From IMG/VR virus record IMGVR_UViG_3300003465_000007, positions 1 through 55,595 of that record: 55,595 bases of DNA; one strand, given 5' to 3'. This DNA is from a virus. Its lineage: Duplodnaviria; Caudoviricetes. Under the pieces are notes generated by a model that searched no databases, was not told where the DNA came from, and worked only from the letters and a program-made list of their open reading frames with translations. Positions within the stretch are counted from its first letter, which is position 1; every line of letters begins with the position of its first letter. The translations under genes and the position numbers were made by a program. Below, one piece after another: positions 45,061 to 55,406 of this stretch.

Positions 45061-47759
45061 GCGCCCTCCCCATCCCACTCGGAACCGGTCTCCAGGAGGT
45101 CGAACAGCGTGGGCATCTGGGCCTTCTGCTCGGCCGCGCGCAGGTAGCTCACCGCGTCGGCGTGGTAGCGCTCCGATAGCTCGATCCCGAGGCCTCGCCG
45201 TCCCAGTTCGAACGCCCGCAGACAGACCGTTCCCAGGCCGCTGAAGGGATCCATCACCAATTCGCCAGGCATGGACATTTGGGTGATCACCCGATCGACG
45301 ATGTCGAACTGGAGGGGGCAGAGATGCATCTCTTTACCCTTACTCCACTGGGAGCCGTTCAGGGTCCGCATGCGGGTGACGTCGGTCCACACGTCGGGAT
45401 GCCAGGAGTGCGGGGGCAGCAGCATGAATCCGGCTGGGAGGCGGCCCTCGTGGTCCAGCTCCTCGCAGATCCGCACGTGCTCCTCGATGTCGTACTCCGC
45501 ACCCGTCGAGCGGGCTCGCCACTCTCGGTAGATCTGCGGGAAGGTCAGCGACTCCAACTCGGACGGGCTCAGCAATCGCTGGCCACTCGATCGCCAGAAG
45601 CCGTGGGCGTCTAACTGCCAGCGGGCTCGGCTGTAGCCCGTGCCTGGAATCGGCTTCCGCCAGTTGGTCCGACTGTCGAAAGGGGCCGGCTCGCCATGGT
45701 CATCGCAGAGCGGCTTTTCCTTGATCACGGGCACGTCGGCATACCCGTTGCTGCGATCGGTGGGCGGCTTGCGGAAGAGCAGCAAGTACTCCGGCATGCC
45801 CACCCCCATGCGCGAGCCGTCCTTGCACTGCTCAGTCCAGCCCAGGCGGTAGGTCTGGTTGTTCTCGCGCACCACGTCGGTCACGATGGTGCGCATCCCC
45901 AGGTAGGCGAAGCCGTGGCGCTGGTAGTGGTAGATCGCATCAGCATGGAGGGGTTGGACCGTCTGAAAGCCGAGCTCAGTCAACCCGCTCGGCACAATCC
46001 GGTCTTTCACGTGGATCACCAGGTTGCGGCCGGGGCGGAGTACTCGGAGCAGATGGGGGGTCAGAAAATCCATTTGCTGCCAGAAGTGGGCTTCGTTATC
46101 CGTCGCTCCGAAATCGTTGTACGAAGGGCTGTACTGATACATCATCGAAAAGGGGATGCTGGTCAGGATCAGGTCCACCGAGTCCTCGGCCATCTGGTGC
46201 GTTTCCAGCACGCAATCGTTGTGGACCAGCGTCCAACCCTCGCCCGCCGCCTCCTGGCGCTCGACTCCGATGCTGCGCGTTAAGGCGCCCGCCATGGCGG
46301 CTTCCGACAGCCCGTACTGGCGGATCAGCGCGGTCATCTGAGCCACTAGCTCGTTGTGCTGGGCCCACTTCCGCTCGAGCTGGCGGCGTACCTCCGCCTC
46401 CGCTTCGGTGTAGATGAGGTCAATGCGGACGGGCTCGGTCTGGCCGAAGCGGTGGATGCGGTGAATGGCCTGGATGAAGTCATTGAATTTGAAACCGATG
46501 CCCAGGAACACCGCCCAGTGACAGTGCCACTGGAAGTTGACTCCGCTCCCCAACATCACGGGCTTGCACGCGATCTCGGCCACCTCGCCCTGTTCGAAGG
46601 CCACGATGGCCCGCTCGCGCTCGTCGAGGTCCTGGCTGCCGTAGACGGTCACCGCGTCCGGGATCGCGTGCTCGATCGCGTGGCGCTCGGACTCCAGGTC
46701 GTGCCAGAGGATGCGGTGGGCATCGGGATCCTCCGCGCGCAGCTCCAGCAGCTTGGCGATCCGGCCGGGCAGGCTCTCCCGCTTCTCCCGTGCCGCGTCC
46801 ACCACGCCCAACGCCGCATTGGCGAAGAGGCGTCCCTGCCCATCCGTGGTACTCCCCGCGTGGGTGTGATCGGTCGGGATCAGGTGCCAGCGGACGTCGA
46901 GCGGGGGCAGCGCGTAACCCTCATCGGAGTACCCCAGGTCGCTCGGCTTCTGGACGAAGAGCGCCCATGAGCTGACCCAGAGCCAGAATTCCTGTTCCTT
47001 GTGGGCGTGCAGGGTGAGCTGATCGGCCTTGGTGGAGTCACGCTTAAAGAACCGCGTCTTCGCCTGCCCCACGTCCATCACATCCAGGAAGGCGGAGTAG
47101 GCGAGCAGCTCGATGAACTCGTTGGGCGAGGGCGTCGCGGTGGCCACGCAGCGATAGGTGCCGGATCCCTCGAAATGCCGCATGAACTCGCGGAAGGTCT
47201 TGGTGCCCCCGAACCCGCGCAGCACTCCGGCCTCATCCAGCGAAAGGACGTCGAACCGGGTGGGGTCGAGCTTGCCCTCCCGAACGCTCTCGTAATTGGT
47301 GAGGTACACGCAGCACTCGATCGACGATGAACCATCCGCGTCGACCAGCGAGGCCTCGTGCGCGAGTACTTCCTCCCAGGTCCTCACGAAGCGGACAGGC
47401 AGGCCCAGCAGGGCGGCGTCCCGCAAGAACTCCTGGCGGACGCCCAGCGGGAGCACGATCAGCCCGCGCGGGAGTCCACTCTTGGCCAGGGTCAGGTGGA
47501 CGAACTCCAACTGCATCAGCGTCTTCCCCAGCCCGAAGGCACCGAAGAGCGCTCGCCGCCCGCCGCGCACCAGCCAGGCGACGATGTCCCGTTGATGCGG
47601 CTTGAGCACGGGGCTCACCTCGCTCGGATCACAGGGGAACCCGGATCCAGTCGCGAGCTGCGCCTTCGCCTGCAGGAAAGCCGAGTACTCGCCCAGGTCG
47701 GATGGCAGGCCGGGCCTAGGAGCATCTGTCTGCCATCCGACCACGACCGAAGCAGCCAT
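45057..47759 (-). CDS. SNF2-like helicase fused to N4/N6 DNA methyltransferase
   Basis: GLGKT, LDE, TATP, QAIHRIHRFGQ; TSIPF, H.CP, DPFSGLGT. Confidence 0.92.
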   Translation of the reverse strand: MAASVVVGWQTDAPRPGLPSDLGEYSAFLQAKAQLATGSGFPCDPSEVSPVLKPHQRDIVAWLVRGGRRALFGAFGLGKTLMQLEFVHLTLAKSGLPRGLIVLPLGVRQEFLRDAALLGLPVRFVRTWEEVLAHEASLVDADGSSSIECCVYLTNYESVREGKLDPTRFDVLSLDEAGVLRGFGGTKTFREFMRHFEGSGTYRCVATATPSPNEFIELLAYSAFLDVMDVGQAKTRFFKRDSTKADQLTLHAHKEQEFWLWVSSWALFVQKPSDLGYSDEGYALPPLDVRWHLIPTDHTHAGSTTDGQGRLFANAALGVVDAAREKRESLPGRIAKLLELRAEDPDAHRILWHDLESERHAIEHAIPDAVTVYGSQDLDERERAIVAFEQGEVAEIACKPVMLGSGVNFQWHCHWAVFLGIGFKFNDFIQAIHRIHRFGQTEPVRIDLIYTEAEAEVRRQLERKWAQHNELVAQMTALIRQYGLSEAAMAGALTRSIGVERQEAAGEGWTLVHNDCVLETHQMAEDSVDLILTSIPFSMMYQYSPSYNDFGATDNEAHFWQQMDFLTPHLLRVLRPGRNLVIHVKDRIVPSGLTELGFQTVQPLHADAIYHYQRHGFAYLGMRTIVTDVVRENNQTYRLGWTEQCKDGSRMGVGMPEYLLLFRKPPTDRSNGYADVPVIKEKPLCDDHGEPAPFDSRTNWRKPIPGTGYSRARWQLDAHGFWRSSGQRLLSPSELESLTFPQIYREWRARSTGAEYDIEEHVRICEELDHEGRLPAGFMLLPPHSWHPDVWTDVTRMRTLNGSQWSKGKEMHLCPLQFDIVDRVITQMSMPGELVMDPFSGLGTVCLRAFELGRRGLGIELSERYHADAVSYLRAAEQKAQMPTLFDLLETGSEWDGEGA

Positions 47760-47762
47760 GCC

Positions 47763-48611
47763 CTACGCCGCCCGCAGCAACACGAAGCCGTCGCCGAGCA
47801 GCTCCTTCGCCGCGGCGACGCGCTCGGCGTAGGCGTCTTCCAGCGATTGCTCCAGGTTGACCAGGCTGAAGCGCAGGGTCAGGAGGGCATTGCCATCGAC
47901 CGATACGCGCACCCGCACCTTCAGGCGGTACCCCTGCAGGTGGCCGGCCAGCAGTGGAATCCCAATCTCGAAATGCGGGGGCAACTCCACCCCCTCCTCG
48001 TTGGTCGGGCGGGTGCGCACGGTCTGATCGCGCGTCCAACTCACCGCCTGAGTGCCGTCGGACCGAATCTCGGTCTCCGCCTTGGCGTTGACGTTGGCCC
48101 GCAGGCTGCGCAGCAAGCTCGCCAGCGCCGCCGCGCCGGGCTCCACGATGTCATCGGCCAGGTCCTCGATCTGCTCAATTGCTTCTTTCTGGCTGCGCGC
48201 CTGGCCGCCCGCGAAGTGCTCCCACGCCAGGAGCTGGCGACTCTTAACGAACGGGTGCAGCGCCTTCCACTGGCAGCGCCCGCCCACTTCTGGATCGGTG
48301 CCGTGGTAATCGAGCGTGGCGGTCAGCCCCCGCTCGCTCCAGGTGAGGAGCGCGGTGGCCGGGTTCCCGTGATGGGTCACGTACTCCGCGAAGGACTCCA
48401 CATCGCCAAATGCTTCGCTCGCCTTGACCGGTGAGCGGTGGGTTTCGGTCACCCAGTCTGGACGCACGAGCACCAGGTCGCGATGGACGTAGAGGCCGCC
48501 GGTGCTGGGGTCGGTATAGGCTGGCTGGATCACCACCGTCGGCGCGGTGCCGGGCATCAGACCGGTGGGGATGGTTCCGGGGGTTGCGAGCTGTTCTGGC
48601 CTGGGTGCCAT
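47763..48611 (-). CDS. DUF2303 (YfdQ-like) protein
   Basis: SF..YV..H, LDYH, IED...I, LP..F.I.IP, R.R. Confidence 0.75.
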   Translation of the reverse strand: MAPRPEQLATPGTIPTGLMPGTAPTVVIQPAYTDPSTGGLYVHRDLVLVRPDWVTETHRSPVKASEAFGDVESFAEYVTHHGNPATALLTWSERGLTATLDYHGTDPEVGGRCQWKALHPFVKSRQLLAWEHFAGGQARSQKEAIEQIEDLADDIVEPGAAALASLLRSLRANVNAKAETEIRSDGTQAVSWTRDQTVRTRPTNEEGVELPPHFEIGIPLLAGHLQGYRLKVRVRVSVDGNALLTLRFSLVNLEQSLEDAYAERVAAAKELLGDGFVLLRAA

Positions 48612-49000
48612 TAGTCCACCTCCTTCAGCGACGGTCGTTCGTCGTCAATGCTCTTGAGCAGCGACTCCACCGGGTCCACCTCGCGGAGTTGCATGGGGAT
48701 TTGCCGCGGGTCGTCGCGGAAGAGCGCGCCGTCGGCGGGATAGAAGCCCACGCTGTGCGTCTTGCCGGTGGGGAGCTGCGGCTTCACCGCGCCGTCCATC
48801 ACGATCAGCGGCTGGTCCCGAAACTGGGTGAGCTTGAAGGTCACCGTCACCCCGCCCGGGTTGCCGTCGGTGGCCAGCACCTCTTGCCCCACCGTCACCA
48901 GCGCGTCGTACAGCTCCGCCAGCAGCTTGCCCTGTCCGCATCGCTCCAGCAGGGTCACCACGTCGATTGCCGGGTTCTGATCGCTCTTCTGATCCGCCAA
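48611..49000 (-). CDS. Partner of DUF2303 (YfdP-like)
   Basis: G.L..EL...V..T...G.VT; L.RDDPRQ. Confidence 0.7.
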   Translation of the reverse strand: MADQKSDQNPAIDVVTLLERCGQGKLLAELYDALVTVGQEVLATDGNPGGVTVTFKLTQFRDQPLIVMDGAVKPQLPTGKTHSVGFYPADGALFRDDPRQIPMQLREVDPVESLLKSIDDERPSLKEVD

Positions 49001-49003
49001 GGG

Positions 49004-50065
49004 TCACGCTCCTTTCGTCTCGGGGTATTGGTCCCAGGTTCGTCCGTCGAGCTGTCGACCGGCCGCGTCGTGATGGGGTCCGCCCCATTGCTTGAACAGG
49101 AAGGGCACGTTCGCGGCAACGCACTGGTCACGAATCGCGCGCACCCACTTCGCCCGCTCCGGAATGGGAGCCCATCCCCGACAGGCTCGGCAGTCATCGC
49201 AATCTGCGCGGCGAGGCGTCGATTCCAATGTCGTCCAGGTTTGGGTACGGTGGTTGACCTGGATCGTGGTTCGGGCAGATCCGCCGCAGTCCCAGTCGCC
49301 CTCCAGGCCGGGTTCTTCGTGGGGGACGTACCGGCAGCGACACGTCGTGACCAGCCGCCGTTCCGATGGACCGCCACTTTCTCCGCCGACAATGACCCAA
49401 TCCAGATGTGCACGGCCGTCGAGGTATTCATCTGGGCCAGCCACGTAACCGGTGAGCGCGTTGAGCCATACGCCCAGGTCTTCGTGGGGTGGCTCGGGCG
49501 CAATGATCGTCAGCCGAGTAGGGTCAATGGCCCCCAACAACGGCTCGAAGCTGCCGAAGTGGACGGCCGCGGGGGTCTCCAGCAGGTGGAGCATTCGGAG
49601 ATTGGCTTGCTCTTGGTTCTCAAACGTGGCCCCTACCCAGACGTTGGGCAGCGGCCAGAACGGAACGCGAAGGACCTTGCTGTTCTCCGCCAGGTTGGTG
49701 AGGAGCTTCCGCATCCGGGAGGGTCGCTTGGTGAGCACCTGGTAGGTGTGCTGGGGGAGTTGGGCCATGACGTTGAAGATTTGCGCGATCCACTCGTCTG
49801 GTACCCACTCTCCAAACAGGTCGGTCATGCTGCAGACGAAGACCTTTCGTGGAGTCTTCCACCGCATCGGCTCACCAAGGGCGCGTTCGTCAAGACGCGG
49901 CGTGTCGGCACCGACCTTGTACTCTGGCCCGCCGAAGCGGACGTTCATCCGCTCGGCGTAGCAGTACTGGCAGCCAGGGCTGACCTTGACGCAGGTGTGT
50001 CGGCCGAGCGTGCCACGGATGGGGTTCCAAGTGGCATCGGTCCATTCGATGTTCGTGTCGCCCAT
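49004..50065 (-). CDS. DUF5131 (phage Gp37/Gp68) radical-SAM-like protein
   Basis: IEWTD.TWNP, C.KVSPGC.YCYA, SMTDLF, LTKRP, WVIVGGESG, FKQWG. Confidence 0.93.
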   Translation of the reverse strand: MGDTNIEWTDATWNPIRGTLGRHTCVKVSPGCQYCYAERMNVRFGGPEYKVGADTPRLDERALGEPMRWKTPRKVFVCSMTDLFGEWVPDEWIAQIFNVMAQLPQHTYQVLTKRPSRMRKLLTNLAENSKVLRVPFWPLPNVWVGATFENQEQANLRMLHLLETPAAVHFGSFEPLLGAIDPTRLTIIAPEPPHEDLGVWLNALTGYVAGPDEYLDGRAHLDWVIVGGESGGPSERRLVTTCRCRYVPHEEPGLEGDWDCGGSARTTIQVNHRTQTWTTLESTPRRADCDDCRACRGWAPIPERAKWVRAIRDQCVAANVPFLFKQWGGPHHDAAGRQLDGRTWDQYPETKGA

Positions 50066-50409
50066 CACGCCCCTCCCGCATCGCGCAGCGCCATCGCTTC
50101 CGCAGCTTGCTGGACGGTGGGAGCGTTGGACTCCTCGCATTCCCGAACGGCCCAGTTCACATACCGCTGGATCAAGGGCCAAACCTCTGGCCGCGAATCC
50201 CGGAAGGGGTCGCACTCGATCTCGTAGGACAGCACCTGGTCGCCATGGCGGAAGAGGATCGCGTAGGGCATTTCGACGTGCACGTAGGGGATCGTGAATG
50301 GCCCATCGTCCACGTCCACCACCCGCGCCTCGCTGAAGTAGCCCTCGGCCTGGATCTCGTACAGGTGCTGATCTACGAGGTGCTGCAGGTCAGATTTGGA
50401 CACTGCCAT
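50065..50409 (-). CDS. Hypothetical protein
   Basis: TGATG coupling both sides. Confidence 0.65.
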   Translation of the reverse strand: MAVSKSDLQHLVDQHLYEIQAEGYFSEARVVDVDDGPFTIPYVHVEMPYAILFRHGDQVLSYEIECDPFRDSRPEVWPLIQRYVNWAVRECEESNAPTVQQAAEAMALRDAGGA

Positions 50410-50660
50410 CAGCCCATCACCTCCGTCCGCCCCATCGCACCCACCGGCTCGAAGTAGCTCCGGAACTCCTGGCGATGGCTGGCCACCCCACGCGCGCCGG
50501 AATCCAGGTACTGGTACCCCACGCCATCCTCCACCACGTTCGTGATCTCCACCGTGGCACCGATCGGGTACCCGGCCAGCGAAGGGCGAGTGAGGCACCA
50601 GTACTGACCCCTGGCGATCACCGGCTGATCGTCCAACCTCGCCACCTCCGTCCCACTCAT
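50409..50660 (-). CDS. Small beta-rich hypothetical protein
   Basis: GGAGG RBS. Confidence 0.6.
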   Translation of the reverse strand: MSGTEVARLDDQPVIARGQYWCLTRPSLAGYPIGATVEITNVVEDGVGYQYLDSGARGVASHRQEFRSYFEPVGAMGRTEVMG

Positions 50661-50836
50661 AAATTCCCTCCGCTCCATTCGCCCGACGGTGAAGGTGAAC
50701 CTGCCACCGTCGGCGCTACCGTCTCTCCCCGTCGGTGGTTCTGCCCGTGAGAACAGACCCCTCCCATCCCCCTTCTTCCTTCTATAGAAAGGGGGTTGTG
50801 GGATAAACCGCGTGACACAAGGGACAGAAGCCCCTC

Positions 50837-52201
50837 CTACGGGCTCAAGGAACCTCCCGTTCGGTCGTCACGGCTGGCACCGGTAGGGGGCAGATCGGTT
50901 GGCAGCTCGGGCTGATGCCCGTTGGCCCAACTTCTGTCACCAAAACCGTCACCTTTTGTCACTTCTGTCACCCCTTCGGTGGGCAGGCGTGTGACGACCG
51001 TGCGGAAGCGTCCGCCGGTCTGGACTTGCTCGATATCGATCTCCCCCCGTTCCTTGAGGGTCGATAGGACCCCTTCCAGATCGCGGCTGGAGAGCTTGAG
51101 CCGACGCAGAAGGAAGCGCTTATCGGTGCCTTCCTCGCTGGTGAGACTGAGCGCCTTCTGGGCCAATCGCTCAAACTTGCTGAACACCAGATGCTGCTCA
51201 AAGGTCGCCTCACTGCGCGCGATCACCCACTCCAGGAGTGCACAGGCCCGCTCACACTGGTCCGGGGTGATGTCAAACCGCCCCTCCTGGTCGTCCCCGT
51301 CCGAGACCGCCAGGAGTGCACACACCTTCGCTGCGGAATGCCCCAGGCGCGAGTACAACCCCTGCAGCTCGGGCGTCTGTTCCACCGCCTGAGTGCGCGT
51401 ATCCCACGCCATGAGCTGCTCGCGGACGACGGCAAAGCTCACTCGCATCGTGCCGTGCCGTCCGAGATGGGCAATCGTGGCCAGCCCTCGGACCAGCGCG
51501 CCCTCTTCCACGTGATCCGGCTCTGCCCAGTACCCACCGGGGGGCTCCGGTTCCTTCTGCTCGCAGGGGAAGAGCAAGAAGCGCGGCAGGAAGCCGCTGC
51601 GCAGGTCCATCTCCGTGATGGACGCCACCAGCCAATCGGTGGTGCTGGCCCCGATGATGGAGAGTGCGGGACGGGCGATCCGCAAGCGCTCGCCCTGGCG
51701 TCCCCCTTCCCCGGTGATATGTCGGCTGTATTCGGGTACGCAGTCGTACAGCTCGGTCAGGCGGTTCTTGAGACCAATGCTGTAATTGGTCTTCATCCGC
51801 TCCAGCAGGCTCGAGAATTCCGCTTCCTTGAGCACCGCGGTGGGGTGCTCGGCCAGATTGCGGATGAACCGCTCCGGGCTGAACTCGTTGTCCATGATGG
51901 TGCCCGGGCAGGCGCGGGAGAGCAGCGAGCACGCCAGGTCCACGCTGGTGCTCTTGCGGTAGCTTCCCGATGGGGCCAGCAGCAGCAGATAGAGGTTGGG
52001 CCAATTCTCCCGACCCCCTCCCCCTTTCCAGGCCACCTGTGAGCCCACCGCCCCCGCCAGGGCGACCAGGCCGGCCCCCACGTGGAACAAGAGGGGTGCG
52101 TCGGTCAGACTGCGAGCGTAGGTCACGTAGCCCCCCAGCCACGTGCTGCGGCGGCCCATGACGAACTCGGCCAGCGCCCGTTCATCCACCACCTGCCCCA
52201 A
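50837..52201 (-). CDS. DUF3987/YfjI-like P-loop replication helicase
   Basis: PNLY.LL.APSGSYRKST, SPE, LYD, SGFLPRFL. Confidence 0.8.
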   Translation of the reverse strand: MGQVVDERALAEFVMGRRSTWLGGYVTYARSLTDAPLLFHVGAGLVALAGAVGSQVAWKGGGGRENWPNLYLLLLAPSGSYRKSTSVDLACSLLSRACPGTIMDNEFSPERFIRNLAEHPTAVLKEAEFSSLLERMKTNYSIGLKNRLTELYDCVPEYSRHITGEGGRQGERLRIARPALSIIGASTTDWLVASITEMDLRSGFLPRFLLFPCEQKEPEPPGGYWAEPDHVEEGALVRGLATIAHLGRHGTMRVSFAVVREQLMAWDTRTQAVEQTPELQGLYSRLGHSAAKVCALLAVSDGDDQEGRFDITPDQCERACALLEWVIARSEATFEQHLVFSKFERLAQKALSLTSEEGTDKRFLLRRLKLSSRDLEGVLSTLKERGEIDIEQVQTGGRFRTVVTRLPTEGVTEVTKGDGFGDRSWANGHQPELPTDLPPTGASRDDRTGGSLSP

Positions 52202-52823
52202 CCGGTACGGATGTCGTGACCAATTGCTCGAGGTGCTGGATCATGGAGAGCGCCTCGTGAGCCATCAGTCGCTCCGGTAAGTCCGAGCCGTCCCGGATCC
52301 CGAGCTGGGCGCGCAAGCGGCGGATGGTGGCCCACTGGTCTGCTGAGGCCAGCGCGCGACGCTCCGAGCGACTCTCATAGCCCATCTCACGGCTGGGCTC
52401 CGGGTACAACTCACCCCATGCCTCCACCAGGCCGATGCAAAAGAAGTCCAGATCCGCGAGCAACTGCTCCCGTCGGTAGCGGGTGCGATGGGTAGGAGTC
52501 AACGCCAGGTGCGCAGCGCTGGCCAGATTGAACCGATCGCGCGGCTGCCCGATGTTGAGCGTGGCCCAGGACAACAGCCGGTTCCCGATGGGGAGCATGG
52601 CCATCACGGTCGCGATGTCCCCGAACCGCCCGCGCTGCAGGTTGCGTGCCTGAAACTCAATGAGGGTGGTGTACCGACCAGGCTCATCCGGGATCAGCCG
52701 CCAGGCGGCGATGGAGCCATCGGGTTGCGGACAGTAGGTCGACCAATCCAGCCGGTGGGTGGTTCCGTCCACCTTCAGCCCGATGGCGTCTTCGTGTTCC
52801 CACATGGAGTACGCCGCGCTCAT
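52182..52823 (-). CDS. Hypothetical replication-module protein
   Basis: Likely start MSAAYSMW. Confidence 0.6.
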   Translation of the reverse strand: MSAAYSMWEHEDAIGLKVDGTTHRLDWSTYCPQPDGSIAAWRLIPDEPGRYTTLIEFQARNLQRGRFGDIATVMAMLPIGNRLLSWATLNIGQPRDRFNLASAAHLALTPTHRTRYRREQLLADLDFFCIGLVEAWGELYPEPSREMGYESRSERRALASADQWATIRRLRAQLGIRDGSDLPERLMAHEALSMIQHLEQLVTTSVPVGAGGG

Positions 52824-53077
52824 GCCAGCAACCCCCGCCCCAACGCGGTCAGCCGATAGCGCAACGGCTCCACCTGCACGAAGGGATGCAGGCGCTTCAC
52901 GTAGCCCCGCTCGCGCGCCCACTCCGCATGCTCCGGCAGCACCTTGATCGGCTCGTCCCGCCCCACCGTCTCAATCCCCCACTGGCTGCCCCAGTTGGCG
53001 AGGCAGGCATCGGCTTCCGAGAGCAGCCGCAAGAGCAGGAGTTGCCCGCTGGTGAGCCGTTCCATAGTGGGCATCAC
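52820..53077 (-). CDS. Small winged-helix-like protein
   Basis: RGYV...YRLTALGR. Confidence 0.55.
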   Translation of the reverse strand: MMPTMERLTSGQLLLLRLLSEADACLANWGSQWGIETVGRDEPIKVLPEHAEWARERGYVKRLHPFVQVEPLRYRLTALGRGLLA

Positions 53078-54585
53078 AACAGACCCGGCTGCTGCGATTC
53101 GTACTGCGCGATCAGGTCTGCGAGCTGGGAACCTTTCTGGACGATCACCTCGGACGACTCGGTGCCCACCAAGGCCAGTCCGTCGAGCTGGAGGCCCAAC
53201 CCTTCCGCCTGCTGGTATTTCGCGTTGTAGGCTTTGATGAGATCGCCCCGCGTGATCCTGGGGGTATCTGCTGGGGGTGGGTCAGCGGGCGGGTCAACCG
53301 CAGTGGATGCTGGCGCGGGCGGTACGTAGTCGTCGATCCCGTCACCCAGCGCCTGGTTCATGAACTCCGTCACGCTGCGACCCTGCAGCTTCGCGTCCAT
53401 CCGCGCCCGGGCCTCCGCCCGCCGCGCAGCCTCGGTCTCTTCCTGGATGACCACCGAGATACGGCTGATGAATTCCTCCGCCTCGCCGTTGGTGAGCGTG
53501 GTCAGGAACTCCGCCAGGCTGTCGTGCTGCCGCTCGCTGTACTCGAACACGAAGTCCGCGCGGGCCTCGTCAGAGTCGAAGCGGGTGCCGCGCACGGTGG
53601 TGAACCACAGCGCCTCGTAGAAGTGCGCGTCACAGGCGCCACCCCGCGCGATCAAATCTACCTCTGCCTCGCTGGGCTCGCGGATCTCCGTGTAGTCGGC
53701 GTAGTCATCCTCGGCCGGCCCCTCCAGCGCGGCGTACTCCAACGTCTCCGCGGTGGGGGCGGGGAGTTGCAGCAGGCGCCCCTCGCGGAGCGCTTCGGTC
53801 AGGCGCGGCGCGAAGGTGCGAGAGCTCAGCGGCTCCGGTGGCCGCATGGTGAACACCCAGCACGGTACGTTGCGACGGCTGCCATCCGGACCCGCCACAT
53901 CGCGGTAGTCCAGGCCGATGTCGAACGGGATCCCGGCGAGCTGCCCATGGGTGAAGGTGCTCACCTGGGCGATGGCCGCCCGCAGGTTGCGCAGGGTGTT
54001 GCGGCTGGTGGAGCGCAACCGGTAGAGCCCCAGCCCATCCGGGAACACCACCCGCGGCCCCTCGGGGGTCCACTCGGCCAGCGCGAAGTAGATGGAGATG
54101 CTGACCTTGCAGCGCCGCTTGATCGCCTCGTAATCGGCGGTGCCCTCGTCGTAGGTCTTGCGTTCCCCCTTCTCGCCAATCGTGGTGAGGGTGAACTCAT
54201 CCCCGTAGGCCAGGAGCCGCGTGCTGCTGTACTCCGTGAAGCGCTGTTGCACGAACGCGGCCGGATCGTGGAACGGGAATGCGATCGTGAGCGCCTTGTT
54301 GTCCCGGGCCGCCAGCGCCAGCTTGAGGTTCGGCGCACGGTTCTTCGGATCGTGCAGGTAGATGGTGCCGTCCCGGCTGACCTGGGGCAGGCGCTGATGC
54401 CCCTCCTTACCCGGTGCACGGTAGCCCGCGCTAATGGTGGCGAGGGCGTCGATACGGGGCTCTTCCTCGGCCACGCCGCCATCGGCGTACACGTCCAGTA
54501 TCTTCAGTTCGGCCGGTGCCCCCGGAAACTCGACGATCTCGCCGGTGGTCTGGTCGACGTCGCGGCGCACGATCTGCTGATTCAT
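53074..54585 (-). CDS. Recombination/replication protein, phiC31 gp3-like (RDF-like) N-terminal domain
   Basis: C, GLYRLRSTSRN, L.GIPF motifs; family from recall. Confidence 0.5.
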   Translation of the reverse strand: MNQQIVRRDVDQTTGEIVEFPGAPAELKILDVYADGGVAEEEPRIDALATISAGYRAPGKEGHQRLPQVSRDGTIYLHDPKNRAPNLKLALAARDNKALTIAFPFHDPAAFVQQRFTEYSSTRLLAYGDEFTLTTIGEKGERKTYDEGTADYEAIKRRCKVSISIYFALAEWTPEGPRVVFPDGLGLYRLRSTSRNTLRNLRAAIAQVSTFTHGQLAGIPFDIGLDYRDVAGPDGSRRNVPCWVFTMRPPEPLSSRTFAPRLTEALREGRLLQLPAPTAETLEYAALEGPAEDDYADYTEIREPSEAEVDLIARGGACDAHFYEALWFTTVRGTRFDSDEARADFVFEYSERQHDSLAEFLTTLTNGEAEEFISRISVVIQEETEAARRAEARARMDAKLQGRSVTEFMNQALGDGIDDYVPPAPASTAVDPPADPPPADTPRITRGDLIKAYNAKYQQAEGLGLQLDGLALVGTESSEVIVQKGSQLADLIAQYESQQPGLL

Positions 54586-54920
54586 TCCTTCACTCCCAAT
54601 TTCTCGAGCAGCGCGCGGATCTCCGAACGCCGCAGTTCGGCATCGTCCAGCACGTCCTGCATGCCCACGTCCAGGATCTCCCCGAACTCACTTCGGAGCC
54701 CGACGTTGTCCATGACTCGACGGATGTCGTCCTGGTACGTGCGGAGGTTGTTTTCGACGTGCCAGAGCATGGCCGTGATCTCCGGCAGCGCCCGAATCGC
54801 CTCCGCCAGCGCGGCATCCCACACAATGGCCGCCATCCCGGATTCATCCATGAAGGTCACGGTGCCGATGGGGCCGTCAGCCATCTCGCGGTAGGTGAGG
54901 CGCGGGCCTTGATCGGTCAC
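54582..54920 (-). CDS. Hypothetical protein
   Basis: Coupled ORF with RBS. Confidence 0.65.
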   Translation of the reverse strand: MTDQGPRLTYREMADGPIGTVTFMDESGMAAIVWDAALAEAIRALPEITAMLWHVENNLRTYQDDIRRVMDNVGLRSEFGEILDVGMQDVLDDAELRRSEIRALLEKLGVKE

Positions 54921-55007
54921 GGTCGCACCTCCGTCAGCACCATGGCCGCGATGCTACACACCGCCCAGATCAGGGTGAGGGCGAGCCGCTCTGAGAAGGG
55001 CACGCCG

Positions 55008-55406
55008 CTAGTAGGGAAGCGCATCGAGCACCTCCTGGGGCACGGTGATCGGCGCGGGGAGGTCGTCGAGGGGCTCGAGCTCGATCGCGGCGTAGAAGTC
55101 GCAGATGACGGTGTATTCGGCCACCTCGAAAGACTCGTCGTACCAGACGAGATAGGGATGCCCCTGAGCACTGAACCACGCCACGTCTTCGCTCAGCATC
55201 GGCTCCGGCTCGACCACCACCCCGATACGCCCGTGCTCCTCTGCCATGTGGCCGACCAGCCCCCGGGCAAACTCGTGGCACTCTGGATGGGAGCGGATCC
55301 GGCACTCACCGTTCAGCACCACGCGCACTCTGTTCCCAATCTGCGGATGCCACGGTTCGATGGGACGGTCGAGCATCTCGGGCGGTGGATTGAGGTAGTC
55401 CACCAT
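55008..55406 (-). CDS. Hypothetical protein
   Basis: TGATG coupling to junction-spanning gene. Confidence 0.65.
   Translation of the reverse strand: MVDYLNPPPEMLDRPIEPWHPQIGNRVRVVLNGECRIRSHPECHEFARGLVGHMAEEHGRIGVVVEPEPMLSEDVAWFSAQGHPYLVWYDESFEVAEYTVICDFYAAIELEPLDDLPAPITVPQEVLDALPY

Noticed and set aside
51483-51495. Partial AGCCCTCGG match as a fourth attenuator
   Set aside because: Antisense inside a CDS, with no closing GGGGC, terminator or -10
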